DNA from: Eledone cirrhosa
Taxonomy: Eukaryota
Direction: 5' to 3'
Length of the DNA stretch: 64,000 bases
Assembly: GCA_964016885.1 (NCBI GenBank)
Contig: OZ024743.1
Coordinates: 254,448,001-254,512,000, forward strand
This document shows positions 1 to 11,960 of this stretch, piece by piece (positions within the stretch are counted from its first letter, which is position 1; each line of letters begins with the position of its first letter). A model generated the notes under the pieces. It was not told the DNA's origin and did not search any database. It saw nothing but the letters and a program-made list of their open reading frames with translations. The translations under genes were made by a program, and so were the position numbers.

Positions 1-1951
1 TAGCTGAGAAGATCATATCAGTAGTGCCGCGTCCAACACGAAAACCAGATTCACTTTCAGGAAGGACACAATCTGCAATGTGTGTCAGCAGACGGTCCAG
101 AAGCACCCTACATAAAACTTTCCCCACGACAGAAAGCAATGATATACCTCTGTAGTTCCCACAATCATTCCTGTTACCCTTTCCCTTGTACAAGACCACC
201 ATTACTGCATCTCTCCAGTCCTCAGGCACGGATTCATTAGCCCATATCCCTCCAAACAGAGAGTGAAGATGTTGCAGGAGTCTCTCACCACCATATTGTA
301 GGAGCTCAGCATGTATGCCATCCATACCTGGAGATCTTCCACTGTTCAGCCCCGAAATAGCCACTGCAACCTCCACAAGTGTCGGAGGCTCTGCGAGAGC
401 TACTTTCACAGGACTTTCCGGAATGAGATTGAGGAAATCTTCACTGACGACAGACGGCTGATTCAAAAGATCATCAAAGTGCTCCCGCCACCTTCGTAGA
501 ATTCCCTGTGAGTCACGAAGAAGTTCTTTGCCATCCTTGCTGCGAATCGGTGTCACCAGAGAAGAAGACGGTCCATAAACCTCACGCAAGAGACTGTACA
601 ACAGCTTTGTGTTATTGCAATCAGACGCAGTTTGTATCTCACCAGCCTTCTCACTCCACCACTGATCCTTCATCTGAGAAAGACTCCGCCTAACACGTGA
701 TTTTACATCCCTGAGCTCCTCATGCAACGTATTCCTCTCCTGTGGTCTTGTCGTCAAGTAGCGTGACAGAGCGCGCCTCTTATCAGCCAACAAGTCATCT
801 ATATGCACATCTTTCTCATTAAACCAGTCCTGATGTTTTCTCTGCACCAATCCCAGAACACGTCTGCCTACATCATAAACCGACTTTTTAAGGGTCGGCC
901 AATCCTCACCAAGATCTGCAGCCTGCATCTCTTCTTCCAATGTCCTCTTCACATTTTTATCCTTAAGACGAGCAGCATTCAATCTTTTGGGCAGGGTAAC
1001 ACCAGGAGCCCGGATTTTACGTTTGGTGATTAGATTCACTTTTGCGCGTACCAGGCGGTGGTCCGTCCAGCACTCAGCTCCACGAAGAACACGAACACAC
1101 CGCACATCCTGTCTGTCACGCATCCTGACTAGGACGTAGTCCAAAAGATGCCATTCCTTAGATGCAGGATGCATCCATGTGGTCTTGAATTTGTTCTTTT
1201 GTTGGAACATGGTGTTGGTAACACACAGATCCAGCTCCTCACACATCTGCAGCAAGAGCATACCATTGCTGTTACACTTTCCCACCCCATGCCTTCCGAT
1301 TACATTCCATGTGTTAAAATCCCTACCCACTCTAGCATTAAAGTCACCAAGCACGATGACTTTGTCTGCCTGAGGGATATTTCTTAAAACACCTTTCAAG
1401 GCATGGTAAAAGGACAGTTTTTCTTCATCGACAGAATTCATAGTTGGAGCATACACACTCACCAGGGTAGCATATCTTCCCTTGTCCAGCGGAACTCTCA
1501 TGGACATAAGACGCTCACTAATCCCCACTGGGAATTCTTCCAATTTATTCACCAGTACAGTCTTAACAGCAAATCCTACCCCAGCCTCTCTTCTGGTTCC
1601 TTCATCTCTTCCTTTCCAGAAGAATGTATATTCTCCACAAAATTCCGTAAGATGACCATCTCCAGCTAACCTCGTCTCAGACAAAGCCACGATGTCAAGA
1701 TCGTAACGTCGAAGCTCCTTCGCAACAAGAGCGGTCCTTCGTTCAGGACGCTCCAAAGAATCCCTGTCAAGCAGCGTCCGTACGTTCCAGCAGCCAAGAC
1801 TAAATGCCCTGTTTGGCTCTATTACAATGGCACGATGACGGGCGGGCCCAGGTTGTGATAACTTGGGGCCCCTGCCCTTATTGCCAATGATCTTTTTTGT
1901 TCCAGAACCCAAATTGGCAATTATCTCGTTTACATTGTTCTGGAACATCAT
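1..1951 (-). CDS. RTE-clade LINE ORF (AP endonuclease + start of RT), open to the window edge
   Basis: Manual translation from ATG at 1951 gives no stop down to base 1. Motifs: GCWNVRTLLD, DIVALSETR, VSVYAPT, VLGDFNARVG, LDYVLV, TDHRLV, PEDWRDA, NYRGISLLSVVGK, ESGFRVGRGTTDMIF. Probably absent from the ORF track because it has no stop in the window. Confidence 0.93.
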   Translation of the reverse strand, partial: MMFQNNVNEIIANLGSGTKKIIGNKGRGPKLSQPGPARHRAIVIEPNRAFSLGCWNVRTLLDRDSLERPERRTALVAKELRRYDLDIVALSETRLAGDGHLTEFCGEYTFFWKGRDEGTRREAGVGFAVKTVLVNKLEEFPVGISERLMSMRVPLDKGRYATLVSVYAPTMNSVDEEKLSFYHALKGVLRNIPQADKVIVLGDFNARVGRDFNTWNVIGRHGVGKCNSNGMLLLQMCEELDLCVTNTMFQQKNKFKTTWMHPASKEWHLLDYVLVRMRDRQDVRCVRVLRGAECWTDHRLVRAKVNLITKRKIRAPGVTLPKRLNAARLKDKNVKRTLEEEMQAADLGEDWPTLKKSVYDVGRRVLGLVQRKHQDWFNEKDVHIDDLLADKRRALSRYLTTRPQERNTLHEELRDVKSRVRRSLSQMKDQWWSEKAGEIQTASDCNNTKLLYSLLREVYGPSSSLVTPIRSKDGKELLRDSQGILRRWREHFDDLLNQPSVVSEDFLNLIPESPVKVALAEPPTLVEVAVAISGLNSGRSPGMDGIHAELLQYGGERLLQHLHSLFGGIWANESVPEDWRDAVMVVLYKGKGNRNDCGNYRGISLLSVVGKVLCRVLLDRLLTHIADCVLPESESGFRVGRGTTDMIFSA

Positions 1952-1960
1952 TGAATTGGG

Positions 1961-1994
<34 letters not shown>

Positions 1995-2023
1995 TAATAA
2001 TAGTAATAATAATAATAATAATA
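1961..2023 (+). repeat. poly(A)30 followed by (AAT)n
   Basis: Direct reading. Confidence 0.95.
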
Positions 2024-2240
2024 ATACTACACTATTAATAATTATTAATGCACTCGTGCAATGCCTGTGCGTGACGAATATTTTTAAAGTGAGGAAAGAC
2101 TGTGCACTGAACCAATCCCACTCTCTGAGCGACAGTAGCTATAACCCGAAAAGAAGAAAAGATCAACATCATCGGTAACTATATATACATATATATATAC
2201 ATATATATATACACACACACATAAATATATACAAACACAC

Positions 2241-2274
<34 letters not shown>

Positions 2275-2281
<7 letters not shown>

Positions 2282-2721
2282 TAAGTGGAATTCCAACTTT
2301 GTCTGATTTACTCGTTTTATTTACAATCCTTTAAAATATATATAATATGGTATTATAATGAAATAGTATGATAGAATATTAAATTCTAAGTGTTAATTGA
2401 ACAAGTACTTTCATGCTTTCGCAATCTTCAGGTTCATGATATGTGGTGACAGTCGAGTTTGCAATTTTCCGACAGTTGAAAATTGCAAACTCGACTGTCA
2501 CCACATATCATGAACCTGAAGATTGCGAAAGCATGAAAGTACTTGTTCAATTAACACTTAGAATTTAATATTCTATCATACTATTTCATTATAATACCAT
2601 ATTATATATATTTTAAAGGATTGTAAATAAAACGAGTAAATCAGACAAAGTTGGAATTCCTCTTATTAATATAATCTTCTATACACAATCATACACACCC
2701 GTGTATATTTACCTATCTATA

Positions 2722-2725
<4 letters not shown>
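2275..2725. mobile_element. Family A non-coding PLE-terminus/retrozyme-like insert; near-perfect ~195-bp-arm hairpin (loop 2470-2477)
   Basis: 2275-2469 is the reverse complement of 2478-2672. Flanked by (TA)n. The 3' part recurs at 47661-47812. Confidence 0.85.
2511..2549 (+). ncRNA. Minimal type I hammerhead ribozyme, family A (mirror copy 2398-2436, - strand)
   Basis: TGAAC-CTGAAGA-tTGC gaaa GCAt-GAAA-GTAC-TT-GTTCA: stem I TGAAC/GTTCA, palindromic stem III AGTACT, CUU site. Confidence 0.85.
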
Positions 2726-2760
<35 letters not shown>

Positions 2761-3089
2761 GGCATTGAAAGTGTTAGACATGATGTCAATAGATACAATT
2801 CTTGGATACTTTTAGTTAAACATCTTTGATCTCTTCAATTATAACTGATTATTTATATTGCTTTAATTTCCTCTCTGATTCTTTAGTTCTTTGTTTTTTT
2901 TAATCATTTTTCTGTTCTTCCTTGGAATTCTCCCTCTCTCCACATTTTGCTCTGCTTTTAACACTCCCAATTGTTATTATATATATATTTCACTTGACAC
3001 TCACATACATGCCACATAATAATATACTAAAACATTCTCTCCTTCTCTCCTAAAGGCACTTTTTTTGTATATATCACCAAGTCGTTTTT

Positions 3090-3215
3090 TTCAGCACTGG
3101 ATTTCTCCACATGCAGTGATCTTTCACGTCCTCTATGTGTCTCAAGCGATATGAGATCAGCTCTCACCAAATCCACCCAGGTCTTTCTTGGTTAACCTTT
3201 ATAGCAGTTGCCTAC
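3090..3215 (-). pseudogene. Degenerate RTE LINE 3'-end remnant
   Basis: Minus strand reads PRKTWVDLVRADL, like the C-terminus of the 34329-35732 RTE (PKKIWDEVIGADL). Confidence 0.55.
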
Positions 3216-3949
3216 CGTTGGTATTTCCTGCCACTTCTTCCCCCAACGATTATATATATAAATAAATTGAATGAAAAAATCTCAAATCTGTTGTTCTGTA
3301 AAGAGCTTGAGGGAAGATGGGAAATTCCTATTCCAGAGCACATTTATGCAAGGATATTACAGAAACAATATTAATTATATTGTATATTTCACAAACACCG
3401 GCCAAATGTGCCTTCTGGCTTAAGACAGACTTTAGATATGAGTTTATAGTGTACTAGTTCACTATTCTCATTGGTAAGATAAGTAAACCTCAATACCCTC
3501 TTTTACCCTTTGTTCTCCATGTGTGACTAGTTATAGTACCAGAACATTTTCAATACAAAATTCAGTAAGACCAAGGATTAGAATTACTGTTGTTTATTTA
3601 TAGATCTACGAATGTTTCTATGCAAGAATATTTCACCAACTGTAAAGAAAAAAAACAAAAATTACGAGTTAAGTAACTGCTCTATAGCTGTTTTACTCCA
3701 AGCCATATCTCTTTATGAAATACAATGGAACAAAAATTTGTTTAACATCAAAAGGCAAATTATCAAGTATGACTCAAGATCCATAGTACCTAAGCAGAAG
3801 TGAAGGCTTGTGAAAGTAGTTACTGGATATGCAAAATAAGAGGTTATGTGTGTTATTCATAAATGTTAAAACATATTAAAGCTGTCAATTGGTTATAGCA
3901 AGAGTTTTCATGAAATAAAATTGCCAATGCTTATTTTATACTACTGAGT

Positions 3950-4072
3950 GAAGCGGAGCAGCATGAAATAAAGTGTCTTGCTCAAGAACACAACTCAAAG
4001 CCTGGTCCGAAAATAAAACTCAAAACTTCAGAATTGTGCGCCCAATGCTTTCACCACAAAGCCATGTGCCTT
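3950..4072 (-). mobile_element. tRNA-derived SINE (degenerate), same family as 61049-61168
   Basis: Reverse complement contains TTGAGCAAGACACTTTATTTCATGCTGCTCC and an AAGGCACATGGC...TGGT head. Confidence 0.7.
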
Positions 4073-4100
4073 TACATGTATATATGTATATATATATATT

Positions 4101-4330
4101 AATTTATTAAAATAACAGATTAAAGTTTAAGCAAAGAATCGCTGCTTTCACCCTTAACGGGATCTTCTGAAACTAACAAAGTCAAACTGTGAACGCAGAA
4201 GTGAATATTTAAAAAACGTTGCAACCGGAGGAAGACAGGAAGACGATACTTTGGTTCGTGGAAACGGTACCTGGCAAAGAACGGGAAAAACGAATATAAT
4301 ACGTCATTAATAGGAGCGGTGAAAAACAAT
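4101..4330 (-). mobile_element. Family B non-coding repeat with CAGAAGA-core hammerhead at 4124-4174
   Basis: Minus strand: AGTTT-CAGAAGA-tCCC gttaa GGGt-GAAA-GCA gcgattctt TGC-TT-AAACT. Homologous to 35766-35890 and 61982-62371. Confidence 0.7.
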
Positions 4331-4439
4331 TACACGCAAAGACAGAACCATGTTTATGGTATAAAAGAAGTCGTAGACTAATATTCTCTTAGGTGGTTCA
4401 TAGAGACGTTCTCTGGCAATGAATGTTTTTTCCGTTCAT

Positions 4440-4540
4440 AAGGTCTTCGAAATGCTTTTAATTAAGCATACAGTGTATTGCAAAATACACTATATATACA
4501 TTCATATATATATCGCTATTTCAGAGCGCCAATTCTGATT
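4440..4540 (+). repeat. Fragment of the 316-bp family J unit
   Basis: Matches 50446-50545 (AAATGCTTTTAATTAAGCAT..GTGTATTGCAAAATACA..GCTATTTCAGAGC). Confidence 0.8.
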
Positions 4541-4549
4541 ATATGTATA

Positions 4550-4608
<59 letters not shown>

Positions 4609-5112
4609 ACGAGTAGGTCCGCGACGGCTGAGCTCAAGCCGTTTCGACGGCTAATTCTGGACTAAATGAACATTTTTATCCTGGTATTTGAATACCCGAG
4701 CTTCTCAAAGGGTAATTCCATATGAGCCTAGCCGTCGGGGTCCTACTCGTTCCTATTACCCACTCTACTACCCTAAGTATTGAGTACTTTGGTACGTTAT
4801 GGTCCACCTGGTTCCTTACCACATTTCCTCCGTTATATATATATATATGGTTCTGTTTATGCCACGAAACTACGTAGTCGAGGAATTTAGGAGCAGTTTA
4901 GGTATGATACATTTTATTACTAATTATATCTAAATGTTTCTTCTCTCTTCATAATGTATTTTTAACTCTGATACTGGTTCAGTCTAGTTCAACTGAATTG
5001 GTCTGTCCCAGTCATTCATTGAGCAACATCGGTGAAGTTGGCACTCTTAACTCACAGTTGGGTGCGGATGCATTCATGTATATATGTGTGTGTCCGCATG
5101 TATCTGTGTGTT

Positions 5113-5312
5113 NNNNNNNNNNNNNNNNNNNNNNNNNNNNNNNNNNNNNNNNNNNNNNNNNNNNNNNNNNNNNNNNNNNNNNNNNNNNNNNNNNNNNNNN
5201 NNNNNNNNNNNNNNNNNNNNNNNNNNNNNNNNNNNNNNNNNNNNNNNNNNNNNNNNNNNNNNNNNNNNNNNNNNNNNNNNNNNNNNNNNNNNNNNNNNNN
5301 NNNNNNNNNNNN
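5113..5312. other. Assembly gap (200 N)
   Basis: Run of N. Confidence 1.
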
Positions 5313-5621
5313 CAACTAAATGTATATGGGTTTACAAAATCATACATATATATATGTATATACATAAATATAAAATTAATACACACATACAGTACAAAAA
5401 TACGATATTTCCGTGAAAATAGGAGCAAAATTATGTAGATAAATCTACAAGAGTTTACGGTAGTGTCCAATCCGTATGAAGAACTCAATGTATTCCGGAT
5501 ATCATGGAAAGAAGAGATGTAATGAAAAATCACTTTCGGTGAAAGATAAACGGTATACAGAGTCAAGATAAAATATTAAACAAATAATGAATAAACAATT
5601 CCTTATATTAAACAAAAAAAG

Positions 5622-5775
5622 TTCATTATTTAACGATCGTTTCTAGGATATATATGTGTTAGAATTGGTATGCATATTCAACAGATCTATGTACAAAATT
5701 ATACAAAATTATACAAATTATCAAGATTAAATATACATACCAACACATATATACGCCGTCTTCAGAAATAATGAA
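5622..5775 (-). ncRNA. Type I hammerhead with very long stem II (mirror of 17715-17868)
   Basis: TTCATTATTT-CTGAAGA-[~115 nt]-GAAA-CGATCG-TT-AAATAATGAA on the minus strand. Confidence 0.8.
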
Positions 5776-6699
5776 GTATATTTATTGATAATAACAACAA
5801 TTCAAAATTTCAGGTCCGTTTGGGAACAAAATTGACCAATGAAAACACAAAGGGTTAAATGCAGTTCGGTGTGTGTATATACATGCAAAACCCCCACACA
5901 TATTTTACAAAAATGTATGTATAATTTGCATACGCATACTAAAAGGATGGATGCAAATACAAAATTTCAAGGTTAATGTCTCTGTAAGTTTATAATGCAC
6001 AGATAAGATGCGTATTGACACAAGTATGAAATTAAGTATATAAATATATTTTTTCATACTCACACATATCCGTACAATCACACATACACGCGCGTATATG
6101 CATAAATATACACATAACCACGAACATACAAACACACACACACCCCCACTCACATTTATATATGTGGATATAAAATCATAAGCACATGGATATTAATTCA
6201 CTCACATAAAACACTGGCACACACATTTTTAGATCAAGATACAGAAATTAGGTGGGAGGGGGGGGGGGGGGGAGGTCAGTATTCAACGGTCTGAGCAGAC
6301 TGCCTAATATAGATGTATCTATAAACTAAGAAAATAAAAAAATAAAAAAATAAAAAAATAAAAAAATAAAAAATAATAAATAAACATTAAAGAGGAAAGA
6401 ATAGAAAGAAAAAAGAAAAAAGAAAAAAGAAAAAAGAAATATATCAAGAAAATATATATATATATATATATATACATATATATACACATACATATATATA
6501 TATATATATATACACACACATATATATATAATATACATATATATACACATAGACACACACACACACATACATAAATATTCACACATATACAAACACATAC
6601 ATACATATACACACATCCACACTAAGAACATACATACACACACATATATAAACATATACATATACACACATACATACATATACACATATACATACAAAT

Positions 6700-6748
<49 letters not shown>

Positions 6749-7061
6749 TATGTATATACACGTACATATACACACACATATACATATAATCACACATACT
6801 ATATAGACACACATATATATAACCACACACATACATGCACTTATACAACACTTACATACTAATATACATACAGATATACACATACATAGCTATATATACA
6901 CACAAATATATACAGACTTACATATATACATACAGACAAATACTTACGCATCTATATATCGGTATATACATACAAACACCACTACACTATCACACAACTT
7001 AGAAATACAAAGAGAAAGGTATATAACTATACACACATACATATACAAATAGAAAAACATA

Positions 7062-7097
<36 letters not shown>

Positions 7098-7380
7098 TAT
7101 ATATATACATATATATATATAACATATATATATATATATATATACACATACATATACACATACACACACATACACATACACACACATACATACATGTACA
7201 CACACATAGAAATATATACGCATACACACATACACACATATATATAAAGTCATACACACACAAACACCTACACGAACATACACATACACATATATAAAGA
7301 TATATATACACACACACACACACACAACACATACACACATACACATATATATAAAAAAAATAAATAATAAAGATATATAC

Positions 7381-7439
<59 letters not shown>

Positions 7440-7786
7440 CATATATATATACATACACATACATACACACATACATAGACATACATGTACATACATACAC
7501 GTACATCGATATACATACATATATATATACACACATAGACATATACATACATACACACACAACTTACATACACACATATATATACATGTATATTCATACA
7601 TAGAATTAGATATATAATCATACACACATATGCACTTACTTATACTCATATATACAAATACATACGCATCCATATATGCGTATATACATAAAAACACCAC
7701 TACAACCTCACCTAACTCAGACATACAAATAAAAATAAAAAGGCATATGTATATACATATATACACGCATTAATAGAGACATATAT

Positions 7787-7844
<58 letters not shown>

Positions 7845-8085
7845 ATTCATATATATATATATATAGATACCCACACACACATACCACCATAAATACACAT
7901 ACAAACACCCACATATATATATATATACACACGTATATATATATATATATATACACACACATAAAAAACAGACATGCACATATATATATATATATTTTTT
8001 TACACTTATATATACACATATTATATACACATACACAACCTCACATATACACACGTACACATAAGTTATATTATAATAATAAAAA

Positions 8086-8120
<35 letters not shown>

Positions 8121-8207
8121 CATATATATATATATATATACATATAAACATATACATACATATATACACACATACGAATATAGACATATAATCACACATA
8201 GACACCC

Positions 8208-8242
<35 letters not shown>

Positions 8243-8451
8243 TACATATACACAGACACATATACACACTCACATATATATGTGTGTGCACACACACATA
8301 TATACACACATACACATATATACACATAAACACATGTATGTGCATACATGCACACACACACACATATATCACATAGATACGAAGATAGACATATAAATAG
8401 AGAGACATACATATATATACAACACACATACACACACATACATACACACAC

Positions 8452-8485
<34 letters not shown>

Positions 8486-8493
8486 TTCTATAT

Positions 8494-8538
<45 letters not shown>

Positions 8539-9907
8539 CATACACATATACATACACACATTCACATACACATACATATATACATGCATATATACACATA
8601 TATACATACATACACACACTCATATATACACACACAATCTTACATTCATATTTGCATGCGCATATATGTATTTTTATATTCAGATATAAATACCCAAACC
8701 TATATAGACACCTACCTACATATATATTCATACATACACGCTTACAAATACAGATGATAATAGTATGGGGGAAAGGGGGGGTTTGGAGAAGGGGATCATA
8801 GTAAATATATGTTTCAAGAAACATAGAATATTTTCCGTATCTTGATCCAATGTATGTTTTTACATAGTTTCAGTGTTAGGAAATACAATAAACAAGAACT
8901 AAGGCAAAATCTATGCATCTCAAAATAAACAAGTATACCATTAATTATATGTTAACTAAACCAAAGATAGTTAACATATTGATTTCTAAGGTGTAAATTA
9001 GTTAGGTTTATAATATTTGAAGCAGAATTTTGAAGTTAAATAGTAGTAGAGTATTAATTATAGTATAACTAAATTAAAGTTAATAACGTTATGGTATCAA
9101 TATTAGGAAATGAATTTAGTAATAGGGAAAAAACAAATAAAATAAAGTATTACATCGGTAGTAGAATATAAATTATAGGTTAACTAAATTAAAAATTATA
9201 TATTTATTTCTATAGTATATGTTAATTAGGTATATAATACATAAAACAGATATTGTATTTTATCAATAGCATAATATAATTATATGCAAATAGACATCAA
9301 AATTAATACACATACATATACATATACATACACATACATATATACATATATATACACATATATATATATATACATATATACACACATACATACACACACA
9401 CATACACATACACATATACATATACATATCTTTTTCAAAAAATTGCATAGAATATATTAACTAGGTATATATCCAAAACACATCCCATTCTATGATTACA
9501 TGACTTTCTGCAATTCGTCTGTATAAGGATACTAATTTTAAGCAAATTAAAATTAAATTTTTAGGTTGATTAAAATTAAAACCAAATTATAAATATATTT
9601 CTAAAATGTATATTAATTAGGTCTATAATACTAAAAATTATTTCTCTGTCATTGGATACACGATATTATTTTGTTATATTTTATCTGTAAAAGAATTATA
9701 ATAAAAAAAAAATTATAATAAAAGGTTTAAATAAATTAAAATTAATCTATAAATTAAATTACTAAGTATATATTAGTAATATTTAAAGGTTTTTCACAAT
9801 TTATGATTACATAATATTTTATATTCTCATCTGTAATAAAATTTTAATTAAATTAAATTTATAGGTTAAATAACATTTAAATTAAATTAATTTCTAAAAT
9901 AATGTTA

Positions 9908-11956
9908 TTAATTAGGTTTATAATATTTAAATGTTTTTTTTAGTTTATGATTACACGATATAATTAATTCCTGTCGTTTATTTAATAAGATATCCTTAGA
10001 CTTCATTATTTCAAATAGTTCTTGGGAACATAATCTACATTCATTTCTATTATTTTGATAAGGGGTGGCTCTTTTGAGCACACTCCAGGTCAAATCATAT
10101 TCTATATTCTTATTTTTATAACTATTGATTTTTTCTGCTAGAGATGTTGTATTAGCCAGTGCGGCATTTTTAAAACTATGCTTGTGGGTATTAAACCTTG
10201 TCTTAAAATTGTTAGAGGTAGCTCCTATATATGAGCAAATAGAATCTTTAGTTTTAACATTACATTTATAGACTATGTTGTTAACAAGACAATTCCCTTT
10301 TAATGGGCAGTTTGCTTTGTTTCTACAGTTACATCCTTTCGTTAATTCTGTATTTGAGGAGATATTATGGTTAATTTGATGTACTGGTGGTATACTTATG
10401 GTTTTCTTACATTTATATGCATTATAGGCACTTATATTTTGTTTTATGTTATTTGTTGTAGAGTATGAGAATTTAACTGTAGACCTATTTAAGATTTGAT
10501 GGTATTTGTGGTTTGGCGGGAAGTTTTTCTCAAGGATATAAAAAAATTTTTTAGCAATATTATCCTTAACTTGTAAATTAAAAGGAGCATTATACCAAGT
10601 AACCCGTCTATTACGGTTTCTATGTTGTTTATTATTTTTATTATTTTTATAGGTTGTATCGTGATTTTTACTAGGAGGATTAATGTTAATGATCTCACCA
10701 CAACTATTTTTAGTTATATTTGTAGATTTAGGTGTTTTATCCTTTTTATTAGGAGTTTTATTATTAATATTTATTAGAGTTGTATGATGAGTAGTTTTTT
10801 GAGAGTTACTATACTTTATATTAGAAGATTTGGTATTTTGGGGTATAGTGTGGGTGGCATTTAGGTGTGTACTTTTCATTTGGTGTTTGTTGGTAATATT
10901 ATGTTGTATGCTTTCAGTATTTTTAGTAGAAGGTATATACTCTAATCTATTTTTGTGGCCACTTCTATCTAGAGCTTCGTTATAGAAGGTCGCATTTTTA
11001 TCAAATACATCTTGGTTAGAAGAAAGGTTAGAAATTCTAAGTGATATATTATATGCAAGGTTTTTAAGGATAGATTTAGGGTGATTAGATTGTGAGTGTA
11101 TGTAATGTAAGTTTTGGTTAGGTTTATGGTAAGGTTGGTAGATACCCGTAGCTAAATCTAAAGTTATATCTAGGAAATTTACTACTTTACTTGTTTTTTC
11201 AAAAGTAATATTAAGATTATAATAGTCTTTAAGGAAAGTTCTAATATGTTTTTTGTTTTTTTCAATTTCTGAAAGGCTAAGGTTGTTAGAAAGAAGAAGA
11301 CAGTCATCACGATATAAACCACCTTTGAGGTGGGGAAAAGAGGCATTTATGTTGAAAAGGAGAAAGAGGCCCACAAGATCAGTAATTTGGGCGGAATCGC
11401 TTGAACCCATAGTAATATCAAAAAGATTACTATATGTGTTTCTGGTCCAGTATTCATTCTGAAATTCAATAAGTGTTATTCTAGCATGTGTAATAATATT
11501 AATGTCATCCAAAGTTAAGTTAGATCTATTTTTAGCAAATATCAATGCTTTGTTCAGGAGTATAGGTGATATAGAAGAATAGTAATTATCTATATCAAAT
11601 TGTAGGAATGAAGCAGAAGATTTACACCTAATATTTTTAAACCAGTTAATTACCTGGGAGGTGTTTTCCCAGAGTGGTAAAATAACGTGTTTTCTTATTT
11701 GTGGGATGACTCTATCTAAAATTTTTTTGCTAATTATTCCAATATCTGATTTGGAGGGACATATAAGTCTAATAGAAGGATTTGAGTTAAAGTTAGATTT
11801 GTGATCCTTCAGGTTGAAGTGTGGTCTTTTCAATGCCAAAGGTTCAGTTCTATCTTCAATGTTTAGTTTTTTTACTATGTTGTGTGTTTTGTTGTTGATG
11901 TTGGTGAGTGACACATTATTAGATTTTTTATAATTTTTTCTGAGTTCTTTATATAT
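9908..11956 (-). CDS. PLE RT + GIY-YIG ORF, inverted 5'-truncated duplicate
   Basis: Same protein as 11961-14099 from IYKELRK onward, with two visible aa differences. The N-terminal residues in the track are chimeric across the fold-back junction. Confidence 0.88.
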   Translation of the reverse strand: MYKELRKNYKKSNNVSLTNINNKTHNIVKKLNIEDRTEPLALKRPHFNLKDHKSNFNSNPSIRLICPSKSDIGIISKKILDRVIPQIRKHVILPLWENTSQVINWFKNIRCKSSASFLQFDIDNYYSSISPILLNKALIFAKNRSNLTLDDINIITHARITLIEFQNEYWTRNTYSNLFDITMGSSDSAQITDLVGLFLLFNINASFPHLKGGLYRDDCLLLSNNLSLSEIEKNKKHIRTFLKDYYNLNITFEKTSKVVNFLDITLDLATGIYQPYHKPNQNLHYIHSQSNHPKSILKNLAYNISLRISNLSSNQDVFDKNATFYNEALDRSGHKNRLEYIPSTKNTESIQHNITNKHQMKSTHLNATHTIPQNTKSSNIKYSNSQKTTHHTTLININNKTPNKKDKTPKSTNITKNSCGEIININPPSKNHDTTYKNNKNNKQHRNRNRRVTWYNAPFNLQVKDNIAKKFFYILEKNFPPNHKYHQILNRSTVKFSYSTTNNIKQNISAYNAYKCKKTISIPPVHQINHNISSNTELTKGCNCRNKANCPLKGNCLVNNIVYKCNVKTKDSICSYIGATSNNFKTRFNTHKHSFKNAALANTTSLAEKINSYKNKNIEYDLTWSVLKRATPYQNNRNECRLCSQELFEIMKSKDILLNKRQELIISCNHKLKKTFKYYKPN

Positions 11957-11960
11957 CCTA

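Larger units (their letters stand above)
5313..11956 (-). mobile_element. Naiad-type PLE (Naiad-1), left inverted arm: ORF + long 3' region + HHR
   Basis: 5568-11956 is the reverse complement of 12051-17922, plus an extra ~555 bp (8895-9450) and further terminal sequence 5313-5567. Confidence 0.9.

Noticed and set aside
311-1669. Plus-strand ORFs over the first 1.7 kb
   Set aside because: Antisense shadows of the minus-strand RTE ORF.
2275-2672. MITE or miRNA precursor
   Set aside because: The right arm continues past the palindrome, a one-armed copy exists at 47661, and each arm holds an HHR; a PLE-type fold-back fits better.
4998-5438. ORFs spanning 5113-5312
   Set aside because: Artefacts of the N gap.
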